A stretch of DNA of 24,539 nucleotides from Vezdaea acicularis (lineage: Eukaryota), in NCBI GenBank assembly GCA_026025075.1, contig JAPEUI010000017.1, forward strand, positions 186,001 to 210,539, given 5' to 3'. Positions 10,523-20,811 of the stretch are shown here, piece by piece; positions within the stretch are counted from its first letter, which is position 1, and every line of letters begins with the position of its first letter. Below the pieces are notes generated by a model that was not told the DNA's origin, ran no database searches, and saw only the letters and a list, made by a program, of their open reading frames with translations. The translations under genes and the position numbers were made by a program.

Positions 10523-12566
10523 AATGACTGGCTTGGTTGACTGACAAGATCAATCGAGAAGGGAGCAGGAAATATATAGTGGAATCGAAGTGAGTGATCT
10601 AATCTGAATCTCCTCAATCAATGCTGCATTAACGCTGTCGGTGTGGCTGGAGCTCACTGTCATACTGATACGTGGATGCGCTTATCAAACTCCGGCACGC
10701 GACAAACCCCCTTGCCGGAACATGCGAAAATTGTCGGCGTTTATTGGTTCGTTTACGTTAGCTTAGTCCCATCTGGTTCACTTGATATATGTGCACGCGC
10801 TTAAATTTGCGTTGCGTGTAACGTTGATTCTGAGTCTCAGTTGGCGGTATAAGGCCACTCGGATATTTATGCCCTCATGCGCGGGAACCCTTATCATCAC
10901 AGAGACAGAAGTCATGTGCAAGTATGACCCGCATCTAGGAATCTGGGCCTCTGAAGTTAGGCTTCTGACTATCTTTTTCCATTGGCCGTCGAGCGGCGGA
11001 GACCGTGATGTCAACAAAACAATTTTCTTTGAGAAGAGGGAGCGATGCACCTCAATAGGAATAGCAAATACAAACAATATTTGCTTGTACAACTTATGGC
11101 CTCTTTCATAAGGTTCAGACGTTGCAATATCTCACTTGCAACAATGTGGGAAACTTGATTTTCATTGCTTGCCATCATGGATTCCTGGGCCACAGCCGCT
11201 GCAAGACCCATTCTATTCAAGTCGTCCCATATGCAAGCACTATTAAAGGAGGAAGCATCCAGGCACGGCCCGTTCCGCTAGCGTCCGCATTCGCCAAATT
11301 CTGACTATTTAAAGCCATCGTTCAACACACTTGCGTTCAGTTTCTCTCTCCTCTTTGTTCAAAATTTAGGATCAACCACCCTTCCCTTGGTATTTCCTTT
11401 CAGAAACGTAGATTCGGCCTCGTTGAGTCTATATTTTGAACCTTAGTTTGAGCGTTCATTGGTGGGCATTCACCTCGGGTTTCGAATAAACGTGGTTGCC
11501 GTAAGATTTCAGGTAAGTCAAGCTATCTGAGCTCACCACCAAGTCATATCAATGCACTGTAGCCTTTCCCTGCTGGCAGTCTTCTTGTGACTTAGTCAGT
11601 CCATCTAAGAAGGTAATTGTCAACAGGACGCATTGATGTCCACATTTCAGTGTAGAAAACTTCTGGGCAGGGTGCAGTCCGAGAAGCCCAGGTTCTATCG
11701 AGGGATCTGTTGTCCCCGTATGCAAGACTTTTATCGATTTACCTTGCTGCCAAATCAGGGCAACAACTGGATTTCTGACTTCTCTTTGCTTGCGTAGTGG
11801 CCTCAGTTTCATGAAAAGGTCCCTGTGGCAACCTTTCGCTAAACCTTGGTTACGGAAGGAAAGGGCTAGGGAAAGGGTGATTAGGACTCAGGTCAGTGCT
11901 ATAATTTCCTCATATAACACAGTCTGGTCTTTGCCTTGGCTTCTGTCCCTGCCTTTCTTCGCCCCTACCCTCACACTGTCGGCACCTTTACGTTGCACCA
12001 TCGCCCCGCCAATCCTCGCTTGCAGAATTGTCTGGTCAATCTTCCTCACACATCACCTCACCCCAACACCAACACAAATTCCGTCAACACATGACATCAC
12101 ATTTGAAGGCAGATTATCTGGTCCTGCATTCTCGTATTCCTTTTCCCCATCTTTCCCATCACCGCTTTCTTCTCACCCACTTCACCTTCTCCATCATTCT
12201 TGCCTCGTTCTTGTACATTCAAAACGAGGTCTCTTTGGAAGGTTTGTGTAAGCAGAACCATGACGTTTTTCCATTCCGCAGAGCAACCTCTTTCCCGGCT
12301 CTAAGTCTCTACAAACTTCTAGTCGATGGTTTGTGGACTGACTTTAGGTCGGGTGTGTTCTTTTGCTGTCACCTTAGCTTCCAATGCATTGTTATCTTCT
12401 CAACTGGCCTTTTCTTTTCGCTCATGTAGTTGCCCATATATTCACTACTACACAGAAATTTCCGTGTCAAGTTCATCAGAAACCCTATTATTGCGACCAA
12501 AACGAAATCACATCCTAGCATCACTCAATACTAGAGCTCAAGGCTGAGGCGGAGGTCCGTTCAATA

Positions 12567-15500
12567 ATGGGTAACGAACCTATCGCAGCCGCAGTATTCA
12601 ATGGATTGGCAAGACATGGTAGTGGCAGCAATCTACTTACCGGACAGAATGGCAAGACCCCAGACTCAGTCAAGCTCGTTCGAAGATACGAGGCGAAGTC
12701 TATCCCACAAGAACGAAGGGACCAGCATCCCTGGGTCATGATGCCAGAGATTCCGTCGGCGACAGAAATCCTGGCCCAAGAGGAGTCCAAATTGAAGACT
12801 AACCCAGTGCACGAACCCTGGCAATCGAAGGAAGCCTTTCTAGAGGCACATTACCGTCTTCTACGCGAGAATTCCGTCAGACCACTCAGGGAGGCCGTGA
12901 AAAGCTTCCGGGCGCATCCCAATATGGACGCGGGGAGAGACTTCAACGTTTACGATAATGTAAGGCTAGTCTATGTCCAAGTAATGACATGATTCTAACG
13001 TATCAGGTAAACGTCATCGGGTTAACATTCACGGACATAGGAATCGCAACCAAGGTCAACTTCTCGTCGGCTCGCTCCGGCAAACGGATCATCTGGACAC
13101 ATTCGAAAAGGCTCACACCCGGCACCTTATTAGCTATGAGTACTGTCAAAGACAAGTTCAAGACTCACTGTAAGGTTGTGGTCGTCGCATCTCGGTCTGG
13201 TATGATGGAGGTATGGCCCCCTGAAGTGGACCTCTTCTTCGCGGACCCTCAAGAGGCAACAATCGATCCACAGCAACGCTATATTCTGCTAGAAGCGCGC
13301 ATGGGATACTTCGAGGCATCAAGACATACCCTCCTTGCCTTGCAGAGAATGGTGGATGAAGAGTTGGTCCATCAAAGTATCACATTGACTAAGATTGCTG
13401 ATCTTTCTGCAGTTTACCATTATCAGAGAAGCTCCTCAAGTTCGATGCGCAGAAAACGCCGCCAGCCTTCCGACTTAAGAAACCCGTGATGGACTTAAGG
13501 TGTGTCCTTCCTAAGGATTGTGGAAAAGAAGCAAGGCAAATCCTTCAAGGGTTCAACGTGCTCGACGAATGGGATCTTCCCATAACGACCCTTGACCGTT
13601 CCCAACTGGCTGCAATTGAGTCCATGATGACGGACGATCTGTCTATCCTGCATGGCCCACCCGGGTGTGGTAAGACGCACCTCTCAGGGCTTTTTCTCCA
13701 AGCCCTAACAGCAAACATGCGCGAAGGTGACCCCCCAATCATCGTCACCGCACAAACCAATCATGCTCTTGACCAGGTTCTAAGACAAATCTCCCGTTTT
13801 GAGCCAAACTTTGTTCGCCTCGGTGCTCGAACGGCAGATAAAGATGTGGTGGAGCCTCGTACACTACACACTTTGAGAGGATCGATCGATTACCGAAAGA
13901 ACCACAAGGGAGGTGGTAAGAAGATGGCGAAAGATTTGCTGACGTCAGTGTGCGAGAAAATAAAGTCGTTGCTTCACAGAAGCTTCTGGTCAAGTGAGCC
14001 CGGAGAAGAGCCGCTTTCTGCCTCTTTCTTCGCCAGCCTGGGGCTTTTGACCGCAGAGCAAGCGCAGTCCTTAGGAGAAGGTACCTATAACTCCAAAAGG
14101 GGGGGAGCCCAAACAATAGATGAGATAGCGGACTGTGCTGTTGGACCAATGGCAATTTGGCTTGGTCCGGATTTATTTCGCCTTTCGACTGCTCAGATAC
14201 CTTCTGATGCCGACCTTGAACCCGAGGATGCGGATCCTGAGTTTGAGCAGCTTGCGGAGATTGCTGGTCTTACGGATGATGGTGAAAAGCCGTTAGGTGG
14301 CCCATTCATTAGCCTTGCAGAACCTTTCATCACTAGGCGAAATGCAACAGTCAGAAAACAGGATGTTGTAACCACACTGAAGAGCTACAACAACCTTTGG
14401 GACGTGCCGGATCGCATGCGAGGCTCTATGTATCGATACCTCCAGGAGCGAGCCAAGAAGGCTATCATTGAAAAATTTTGTGGATTGGTAGGAGAATATG
14501 ATGAGGCCGTCAAACAACTAAGAGTTTCAAAGTGGGAGCAGGACCATCGCATTCTGAAAACGGCAAGGATAATAGGTCTAACTACAACTGGGCTTGCCAA
14601 GTATCGTGGACTGATTGCCAGTCTTGAACCCCACATTCTTCTTGTTGAAGAAGCTGCCGAAGTAACGGAAGGGCATGTTGTCGCCGGTTTTTTGGAATCA
14701 TTCCAACAGATCATTCTTGTCGGCGATCATCTGCAACTTCGGCCCCATTGCGACGTACGCGAACTTGAAGGGGAGCCCTATAACCTCGAAATCTCAATGT
14801 TCGAAAGGCTTGTCTCGAATAATGTCCCTTTCACCTCACTTACATCTCAACGGCGAATGATACCAGAGCTACGATCTATGATATCATCCTTTTACGTCAA
14901 CCTCGAAGACCACCCTACTGTCCTTCGTCGACCTTCAATCCCTGGAATGGGAGGAATCAACTCATACATTTTCACTCACAACTGGCACGAGTCAAGGGAC
15001 AATGTGGCATCTTTCTGCAACGAGTTGGAAGCGGTCATGCTGGTCGGATTTTACGAGTATCTGTGCATGAACCACGTCCCCGCAGAGAAAATCACGGTTC
15101 TGTGTTTCTACCATGGGCAGAGAAAGTTAATCCTCTCAATGCTCAGGGGACGTGCCATCTTGGCAGGAAAACGCTTCACCGTTGTAACAGTGGATTCGTA
15201 CCAAGGCGAAGAGAATGATGTCGTGTTGCTCTCTATGGCACGAAGCAACCGCAACGGAAATGTGGGCTTTTTGACGAGCCCAAACCGTTCCATTGTGGCT
15301 CTTAGCAGAGCTAGGAATGGTTTCTATGCCTTTGGAAACTTTGATACCATCGCATCTGCAAGTTCAACATGGTGGGATGTAGTTGAAGCCGTTAAAAAGG
15401 AACAGCCCGATCATATAGGCTCCGCGCTACCCGTTGTTTGCTCTAAACACGGCAGCAAGAACTGGATACGCCGTGAGTGACTCATCCTACTTGAATGAAT

Positions 15501-16311
15501 AAGTTCTCTCCTAACGATCAAGCAGATCCGCGTGACTGGAGCAACGTCAATGGAGGTTGCGCTGAGAGATGCTGTGAAATCCTTCCTTGCGGTCATGAAT
15601 GTCCTCTTCGGTGCCATCCGTAAGTCGCAGCCCTTGTATGTACGACTATACAGAGCTAATTTAGGAAGGTTTCCGGAGAGCAAAGTAATGTGTCAGAAAC
15701 CTTGCCCTCGAAAGCTTCCTTGTGGTTGTGAATGTACAAGACCTTGTTGGGGCAAGGAGTGTAGGTGCAGTAAGCGTGATTTGCATCATTCAATGCGTAG
15801 TTTGCCACACCCCAATACCACAAGCACTGGGCTACCTCCGGGGTCAACCAGACCCTCTGGAGATATTCAAGATATTACTCTATGGCACGAGCTTGCGGTA
15901 CAGCTTCAAAAACTACACACTGAAGACCAGCAACGAAGTCTTGCGGATTTTGACAAGATTCGGACAACACTACGCGCTGAGCAGAAAGCCGAACTTAGGG
16001 TTGGCACCTTAATACCAGGGCTGGACGACAATGATAATAGTGGCGACTTGGGGAAGGGCGAAGGCCAGCATACTGATGCGGACGACAGGCAACCCCCTTT
16101 CCTCCTAGGACCTGACTCGGACAATGGCCTACCAATGGCCCTAGAGCCAACTCACTTTGGGTCACAACATATTTACAAAGAGGGATCTGGAGATTTGCTC
16201 GAAATGGACTTGAACGACTCGACTGTTCACTCACCTATTCCGCAAAAGATACCGCAACCGCCCAAGCGAGCCAAACTTGGAGGATACCACAAATTCTTCT
16301 CTGTCGACTAG
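12567..16311 (+). CDS. hrr1: Superfamily-1 (Upf1/Sen1-like) RNA helicase of the ZNFX1/Hrr1/SAD-3 type with NF-X1-like Cys-rich fingers (exons 12567-12959, 13007-13362, 13413-15472, 15526-15619, 15669-16311; ~1181 aa)
   Basis: N-terminal 'PEIPS..EI', 'HYRLLREN..RPLREAV' and 'SKRLTPGTLLAMS' (ZNFX1-type). Helicase motifs: Walker A GPPGCGKT, 'TNHALDQ', 'IGLTTTG', VEEAAEV, 'LVGDHLQLRP', 'SMFERL', 'QRRM', 'TVDSYQGEENDVVLLS', 'VALSRAR'. Cys-rich 'GGC..RC...LPCGHECPLRCHP...CQKPC...LPCGC' appears after splicing. Four GT..AG introns give 3546 nt in frame. The start codon is inferred, and orthology among Hrr1/SAD-3/ZNFX1 is not tested. Confidence 0.88.
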
Positions 16312-16739
16312 TTACCTCTATCATGGCGCGATATGTTGAACCGACGCAACTGTCAGGATCCAACCCAAGCCGCCTTGACAAGGCCACGATGCCCCTTGCT
16401 ACGATGGTCTTGTAAGGTTGCTGAGGTTAGTAGAACATGAGATCAGACGGGCTCCAGTCGCTCTCCTCAAAGAGGACTTAACGTTGGTTTTATGGTGGAT
16501 TGGTTGCATTATGCTTGTCTAGATTGCAGCGCATCATGTTCCCTGCATGTTTGTCACAGCAGTGTTTGACATGGCTTAGCATGGCGTTTGGTGAGGAAAG
16601 ATATATCTTTGTACGAAATTATAATCATCACAATAATAAAAAAACTTCAAACAAGTAGCTTAGGCACAAGTTCAAGAAGTGAAAATCTTGTTCATTACCT
16701 TCGATCTATGGATCATCACATATCTGCAATCCCTCTCTT

Positions 16740-18059
16740 CTAGCATCTACCCCACTCTACATTCCCTTCCGCCCCAACGCAGGCTCGTTGCTCCATGATC
16801 TTGACATGCATAAATAACAAATCGATCACGAAATCATGGTCACTCTTCAACAACGCCAGAAACTCGTCTCGGTCCCGCAATGTGGCTATATTCTTCGCCG
16901 CACTCTCCACAACTGACTTCCGCAAGGGTGCGTTCGTGATCGCGGCGTTGCTGTAGATGTCGTGGACGCATAGGCTGAAGTCTTCACTATTCCAGTGCGA
17001 GGAGAGTCGGGAGGTGAATTTGGATAGAGCGAGGGAACGGAGCGTGGGGATGTCGTATTTGTCGGCGAGCATGTACATTCGGCTGTTGAGGAGGAGGGAA
17101 GGGTGGTTGACGGGTTTATTTGGGGCCTTCTCCGTGGAAAGGATCCCAGAATCCACGCTGGGGCCGATGAAGATCTTGGGGTTTTGTTCGGGTGCATCTG
17201 GCGTAACTAGTGTCTCGGCAGGTTTGACTTCATTCGCGGAGCCAATCTGTCCCCAGGAAAAGAGTCTCCTCTCTCTCTCCCTCTCCCTCTCCCTCTCCTT
17301 AATCCTCTCCCTCTCCCTCTCCATGTCCCTCTCTCTCTCCTTGTCCTTCTCCTTCTGCCTCTTCCTCTGATCTCTCCAATTTCTTGGCTGTATTGTCCTT
17401 GAAGAGGAGAAAGCCCAAGAATTCACCCCATTGTCTGCCTCGTGAACTGCCACCATCTCAACTGGTGATTCTTCACCAGTTTCCTCTTCAGCCAGTACCT
17501 CTCTATTTGGCAGGTCTTCAGTCGCATGCTCAGAAATAGTCAAAGACCTCGCTCCGGCTGCATCGACATGCTCATTATTCTTCTCCTTCCCCTTCACATT
17601 TCCGTTTATTGGGGGTTCTCCCGCTTCTTCATCAGTGTACAGCCCGTTTTCATGATTCCACCCTTTCTCTCCCTCGTCCAAGACCCCATCATAGTCCAAA
17701 TTATAGCAATAGTGCAACATACGCTGAATCAGGACTGGATCATCGTCGCTGAGGTCTATGGTATTGGATTGGCTCTCCTGTGTTCTTGTTAGAGCTAGAT
17801 TGCTACTTATAGCGCCGTGAGAACCGATTATGTACCTTAAAGTCATAATTTAAGCTTGCAGCTAAGGGCTTAGACCATGGACAGACGTAGGCTTGGTGCT
17901 TCTTGTAAATGTTGCCTTTGCACAGGATTGTCAAATCACTGTAGCGACCAGATTCTCCAATTCTTCAAAGAAGTTAGCTTCACATGAATAACCACGAACC
18001 AAAACGTACTCAGCAACGTTCTGGAGCAAGACTTTGGTGGATGCATCGGTGAGAGGCAT
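16740..18059 (-). CDS. BTB/POZ-domain protein, paralog A (exons 18059-18010, 17962-17836, 17777-16740; ~404 aa) with a large insert containing an (RE)n tract
   Basis: Spliced N-terminus MPLTDASTKVLLQNVAEIGESGRYSDLTILCKGNIYKKHQAYVCPWSKPLAASLNYDFKESQSNTIDLSDDDPVLIQRMLHYCYNLDYD, then 'LLLNSRMYMLADKYDIPTLRSLALSKF...IYS...LRKSVV'. This is the classic fungal BTB pattern (YSDLTI..H..vC..S; FKE....IDL.DDDP..v..M..Y.Y..DY; mY.lADKY). Confidence 0.87.
17266..17360. repeat. Coding (CTCTCC)n hexamer-like microsatellite encoding an Arg-Glu dipeptide tract in BTB paralog A
   Basis: ctctctctccctctccctctccctctccttaatcctctccctctccctctccatgtccctctctctctcc translates on - as KEKDKERERDMERERERIKERERERERERR. Confidence 0.85.
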
Positions 18060-18254
18060 CTTGGACCTCCCTTGCGGTACAAATGGAGGAAGTCTCAAGT
18101 ACAACAGCGAATATTTGAATAATACTATTCAAAGAACACGCAATGAAAGCAAAGACCAAAAGACAGGTGAAGGTCCCGCAAATCTTCAGTCGAGGGTGGA
18201 GCGATGGAGCGCAAGCACAGACAGCGGGTAATGCATGAATCCCAGGCACAAACG

Positions 18255-18286
18255 GGCGTCTACCAATCAACGTGATTGGTAGCCTT
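18255..18286. promoter_or_regulatory. Candidate upstream dyad element of BTB paralog A (GGCGT-CTACCAATCA-acg-TGATTGGTAG-CCTT)
   Basis: Perfect 10-bp inverted repeat at 18260-18282, about 200 bp upstream of the ATG at 18059. A matching element lies upstream of paralog B (20239-20270). Confidence 0.55.
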
Positions 18287-18468
18287 TCTCTACGGGGAGG
18301 TTTTGGGACCCGCCCGTCATGTGTGCTCAAAAGATTTCTATTGGATGTCATGGCTTACAATCAGCTTTCGCCAGCATTTCTACATAATAAATAGATAGCA
18401 GTGATGGGAATGGAACAAGATTCGCCTGTTCTAGAAGAAGACGTTAGAACGAGTCCTACTCGGCACTA

Positions 18469-18646
18469 CAGTCAGACCCCAGTTATTACGATGTATTCTG
18501 GGCAAGGCGTGCATATCGCTATAACTGTGATATCGGTATAACGAAGTTGTCGGAGTTACTATGCAAATTTAATCCAGGCAGGAGAAAATTATCGCTATAA
18601 CCAACATATCGGCTAAAGCGCCATCGTAATAACCGGGGTTCGACTG
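18469..18646. mobile_element. 178-bp MITE, Tc1/mariner (pogo/Tigger-like) type, non-autonomous
   Basis: 25-bp terminal inverted repeats: CAGTCAGACCCCAGTTATTACGATG (18469-18493) and the reverse complement CAGTCGAACCCCGGTTATTACGATG (18622-18646), 22/25 matching. It is flanked by TA on both sides (18467-68, 18647-48), has internal repeats of TATCG(C/G)TATAAC, and has no coding capacity. Confidence 0.85.
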
Positions 18647-18878
18647 TACTATCCATGGTTCGAGACTAACACTAGTGTACCCAATAGCGTAGTCTAAAGT
18701 TTATTTCTTTTTTGGGGTTTTGAATAAATTGCTAAATCGATTGTCGCAGCTTGTGCATACATGAGTTGCCAATGTACGATAAGCTATTCAACTGGAGAAT
18801 GACAATCCAGACCAGATTGGACTGTGAGCGTTAAGTCTGAGCTATCAAAAAAAAACCACCATCCCCTACCAAGACATG

Positions 18879-20067
18879 CTAAGGCTCATCACCGGAAGGT
18901 TCGGATGTTGTGTCTTCCCATAGCTTTTTCGTCTTTTGAATATGCCGAAGAAACACATCAAACAAGAATTCCTTCTCCTCAGTCAATAGCTTGCGGAAAC
19001 TGGGCTTCTTATATAGCCGAAAGATATACCTCTGTGCCGACTTCACAACTGCTTCTCGTAACTCACTGTTCGACTGCTCTGCACAAGAGTATATTTCATG
19101 AATGCATTCGCAGAAATCGAGGCTGGACCAGTGATGTGAAAGTGCGACTTTGAAGCGGGTGAGCGCAAGTTCGCACAGAGAGGAGATATCGTATTTGTCT
19201 GCGATCATGTACATGCGGGAGTGTAAAAGGAGGCAGGCTGGTAGGATAGTAGGTACAGGTGAGGCAGGGCGCTGACCTGGTTCCGTGATTGACGATTCAA
19301 TTTCTGGTTCATTCTCTTCAAGTGCAACGTATGAAACGTCGGCATAATCTTCAGGTGTTGGTGTTTCTCCAGTTGCCGGTGTTTCTTCAGGTGCTGGTGC
19401 TTCTTCGGGTGCTGGTTCTGCTTCAGGTGCCGGCGCTTCTTCAGATACTGGTTCTTCTTCGTTTGCCGGCGCTTCTTCAGGTGCCGGCTCTTCTTCAGGT
19501 GCTGCTGCTGCTGCTTCTTCAGCAACAGCATCCGAGGGCCCACGTAGAGCTTCCACTGATATCCCAACGGTATCTTGTCTCTCTTCGTAATCATCACCCC
19601 ATCTCTCCTCACCCTCGTGCCACTCCTCGTCATAATCCACTTTATAGAAGTAATTCAGCATGCGGCCTACAAGTACTGGGTCGTCATCTGAGAGATCAAG
19701 CGTATTCTCAAAACTTTCCTGCTCCTCTGTCAGCTTTCGAAGTTCCTATTTTCTCCAAGGAGAGATAGGCGCTGTACTTTGAACCCACGAATGAAGTTGG
19801 CGGCTAGGGGCTTTGACCACATGGAGAGCGCCATCTTATGTTTCAAGTACTTCTGGTCCCGACAGATAATGGTGAGATCACTGGCTAAACCTGTGTCTCC
19901 AGCACTAGAGAGATGTCAATGCGTCACTTCAATAACAGAAACAGGACTTGGAATGAAAGAAGCTACTCTGCCAGACGGTCAAGGAGGATTGTAGCCCGTC
20001 TTCTATAAGGTGAGTTCCGTCCCCATGGATGAGTTATCGCCTCCTCCTCACTACTAGATAAGCTCAT
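18879..20067 (-). CDS. BTB/POZ-domain protein, paralog B (exons 20067-19967, 19904-19778, 19718-18879; ~355 aa) with an acidic (PAPEEA)n insert
   Basis: Spliced N-terminus ...TILLDRLADAGDTGLASDLTIICRDQKYLKHKMALSMWSKPLAANFIRGFKESFENTLDLSDDDPVLVGRMLNYFYKVDYD, then 'LLLHSRMYMIADKYDISSLCELALTRF'. Intron positions/phases and the 127-nt exon 2 are identical to paralog A. The start codon is inferred as the in-frame ATG at 20067. Confidence 0.85.
19345..19522. repeat. Coding 18-bp minisatellite (consensus ~GCTTCTTCAGGTGCCGGC on +) encoding PAPEEA-like hexapeptides in BTB paralog B
   Basis: Translation APEEEPAPEEAPANEEEPVSEEAPAPEAEPAPEEAPAPEETPATGETPTPED; repeated ttcttcaggtgc units are visible at ~18-nt spacing. 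Confidence 0.85.
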
Positions 20068-20213
20068 CTAGTCGTGTCCGTTGCCAATGACCAAAAAAGC
20101 ATGCAATGTTCCAATTCGATACGGCCGCAGAGAGGTTTATGAGCAACAGTAGAGACTTCACTTCAATTCAAAGAAGCTGTGTAGGACGAGTGCCAGCACC
20201 GAGACGAACAGAC

Positions 20214-20270
20214 GCATGAACGGTTCATGCAAACGCCCGGCGTCTACCAATGAACGCAAGCGGTAGCCTT
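20214..20270. promoter_or_regulatory. Candidate upstream element of BTB paralog B (GCATGAAC-g-GTTCATGC palindrome plus GGCGT-CTACC-N13-GGTAG-CCTT)
   Basis: 20239-20270 aligns without gaps to 18255-18286, about 170 bp upstream of the ATG. An 8-bp perfect inverted repeat is at 20214-20230. Confidence 0.5.
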
Positions 20271-20341
20271 GCGCAGCAAATGTGACTCGAGCAACGTTGG
20301 CCACAGCCAAAAGAGGAGAGTGAGGCGCTCAGCCTTGTGTG

Positions 20342-20355
20342 CCCCCCCCCCCCCC
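20342..20355. repeat. C14 homopolymer run in intergenic DNA
   Basis: Directly visible; the length may be affected by sequencing error. Confidence 0.7.
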
Positions 20356-20811
20356 AATGTTATCATTTTATTGATATGACCTAGCCTTTGCGAGAAGGCC
20401 TCGTCGTCAAAAGCAACATCGCTCGGTGGGACGAGGCCACTGATCCGACTGCGATGCTGACGACATCCTGTAGACGGCTATAGAAAACTAGACGTTTTCG
20501 ATTTCATTGCACCGTGAAGCACTCGCCACTACTGGGACAAGGTTATCTATCCTTGAGGCCAAATGCTAGGATTTGAAAAAAGGTGAATTCGGGATATCGA
20601 CTAACCCCAACCAAAGCTACAAAACAATGACGGCAGAAAGCCCCTTTAGCGAGCTTCTAGTCCCACCTTAGGCGCCGTAGAGCTAATCCAATCTAACAGG
20701 GGGGCTTCGATTTTGCGAAGAATTGACCAATCACGCAAAAGAGCCAAAGAAACCAAACCGCCTATCTCACAATGATAAAGCCGAGCATCAAGTATAAGAA
20801 CCCAGAGAATA

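Noticed and set aside
16309..16440. Open frame continuing ~40 codons beyond the helicase TAG stop (possible readthrough or A-to-I recoding)
   Set aside because: The extension has no recognisable motif, and this length can arise by chance.
18514..18633. Spaced TATCGCTATAAC repeats that superficially resemble a CRISPR-like array
   Set aside because: The repeats are only 12 nt, irregularly spaced and inside a TIR-bounded MITE in a eukaryotic genome.
19205..19768. Alternative-frame and antisense ORFs over BTB paralog B (also 16957-17370, 22848-23297, 23466-24104)
   Set aside because: Shadow ORFs generated by stop-poor coding repeats and low-complexity sequence.
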